Below are positions 63,233-64,000 of a DNA stretch of 64,000 nucleotides, piece by piece. Position 1 is the first letter of the stretch. Each line of letters starts with the position of its first letter. Source of the DNA: Scyliorhinus canicula (lineage: Eukaryota); assembly GCF_902713615.1 (NCBI RefSeq), contig NC_052151.1, positions 83,813,073 through 83,877,072 of the forward strand. The letters run 5' to 3'. The notes beneath the pieces were generated by a model. The model saw only the letters and a list, made by a program, of their open reading frames with translations. It made no database searches and was not told the origin of the DNA. The position numbers were made by a program, and so were the translations under genes.

Positions 63233-64000
63233 ACGACCAGAACACATTGGTAGTGGGAGGGGGGGTGTGAGAGGCTGTGATGGTAGTGTCCGATGGGGGG
63301 GTCAAGAGGTTGGGGCAGCATTTAAAATTGGCGCCCCGACCTCTTCCTGTACTGATGAGCTGAGCTGAACTGAAGGTAAGTGAGGCCTCAGTTGGGGGGG
63401 GGGGTTCCTTGTCGAGGCCAGGAAAAAAAGGGAGTCCCGTTTCATAACGGGGTGTTTCCCGCCTTTGACTCTGTTTTTCCCATTAGATCGCGCCCAATAT
63501 CTTTCTTTGTTCACATCAGAACCTTCCAATTTAAAGAGGGCTTTTGTTATGCTGTGACTAACACTGCAAGAATGATATAAGGATTCAAACGTTAGTGTAG
63601 CTTGTTTATTTTTAAACTGTGGACATGTGCTGTGTTGTTCTTAGCTCCTGTTCATTGCCTGATCATGTCTGTGAGTTTATGTCCTTTCTGATGCAGTCTA
63701 CCTCTTCGTATTCTCTGCGCTACATTAGAAAGGTTCCTTGCCTGTCTGAATAATTAAGAAAAAAAATGTGTCTAGTTTCATATTAGGTGAGGTGAGGTTT
63801 GCTTTGGGAGCGTAGGAATTAGAGGGATAATCATGCCAAGATTTTATTGCTGCTTGGGGAAGTACAGTTATCATTGCATATAGGATCCAGATGGTATCTT
63901 GAAGCACCCGTATGGCCTGTGGAAAAGCTAAACATATGGCACATGTTTCTAACAGAAAAAAGTGCTTACAGATCTAGGTTTGTAATCCTTACATCCCGTT

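Overview
This is eukaryotic (vertebrate) non-coding DNA, not a prokaryotic accessory region. Its repeats (tRNA-headed V-SINEs of the HE1 type, Deu-domain SINE remnants, CR1 LINEs with an esterase ORF1) point to a cartilaginous fish, probably a shark (inference). I could not recognise any host protein-coding exon, rRNA, true tRNA gene or CRISPR array, so the window looks intergenic or intronic. Most of it is nested transposable-element debris: two long CR1 LINEs, three L1/Tx1-clade pieces, a Rex1/Babar LINE, a rearranged Penelope element with a minimal hammerhead-ribozyme motif, a Gypsy gag+LTR fragment, solo LTRs, about 17 SINE copies, and many GC-rich MITEs with GGGC..GATT terminal inverted repeats and 3-bp TSDs (PIF/Harbinger-like). 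All recognisable ORFs in the track are broken TE ORFs; the rest look like chance ORFs. The best leads are (i) one V-SINE core joined to three different tails that match three LINE clades present in the window, (ii) Penelope hammerhead motifs, (iii) an AP-1/RUNX/ETS-IRF motif cluster at about 52.0-52.6 kb, and (iv) a CpG-rich MITE carrying NRF1/CRE palindromes. I found no convincing novel multi-gene system. Coordinates were read by eye and may be off by a few bases where no TSD is given.
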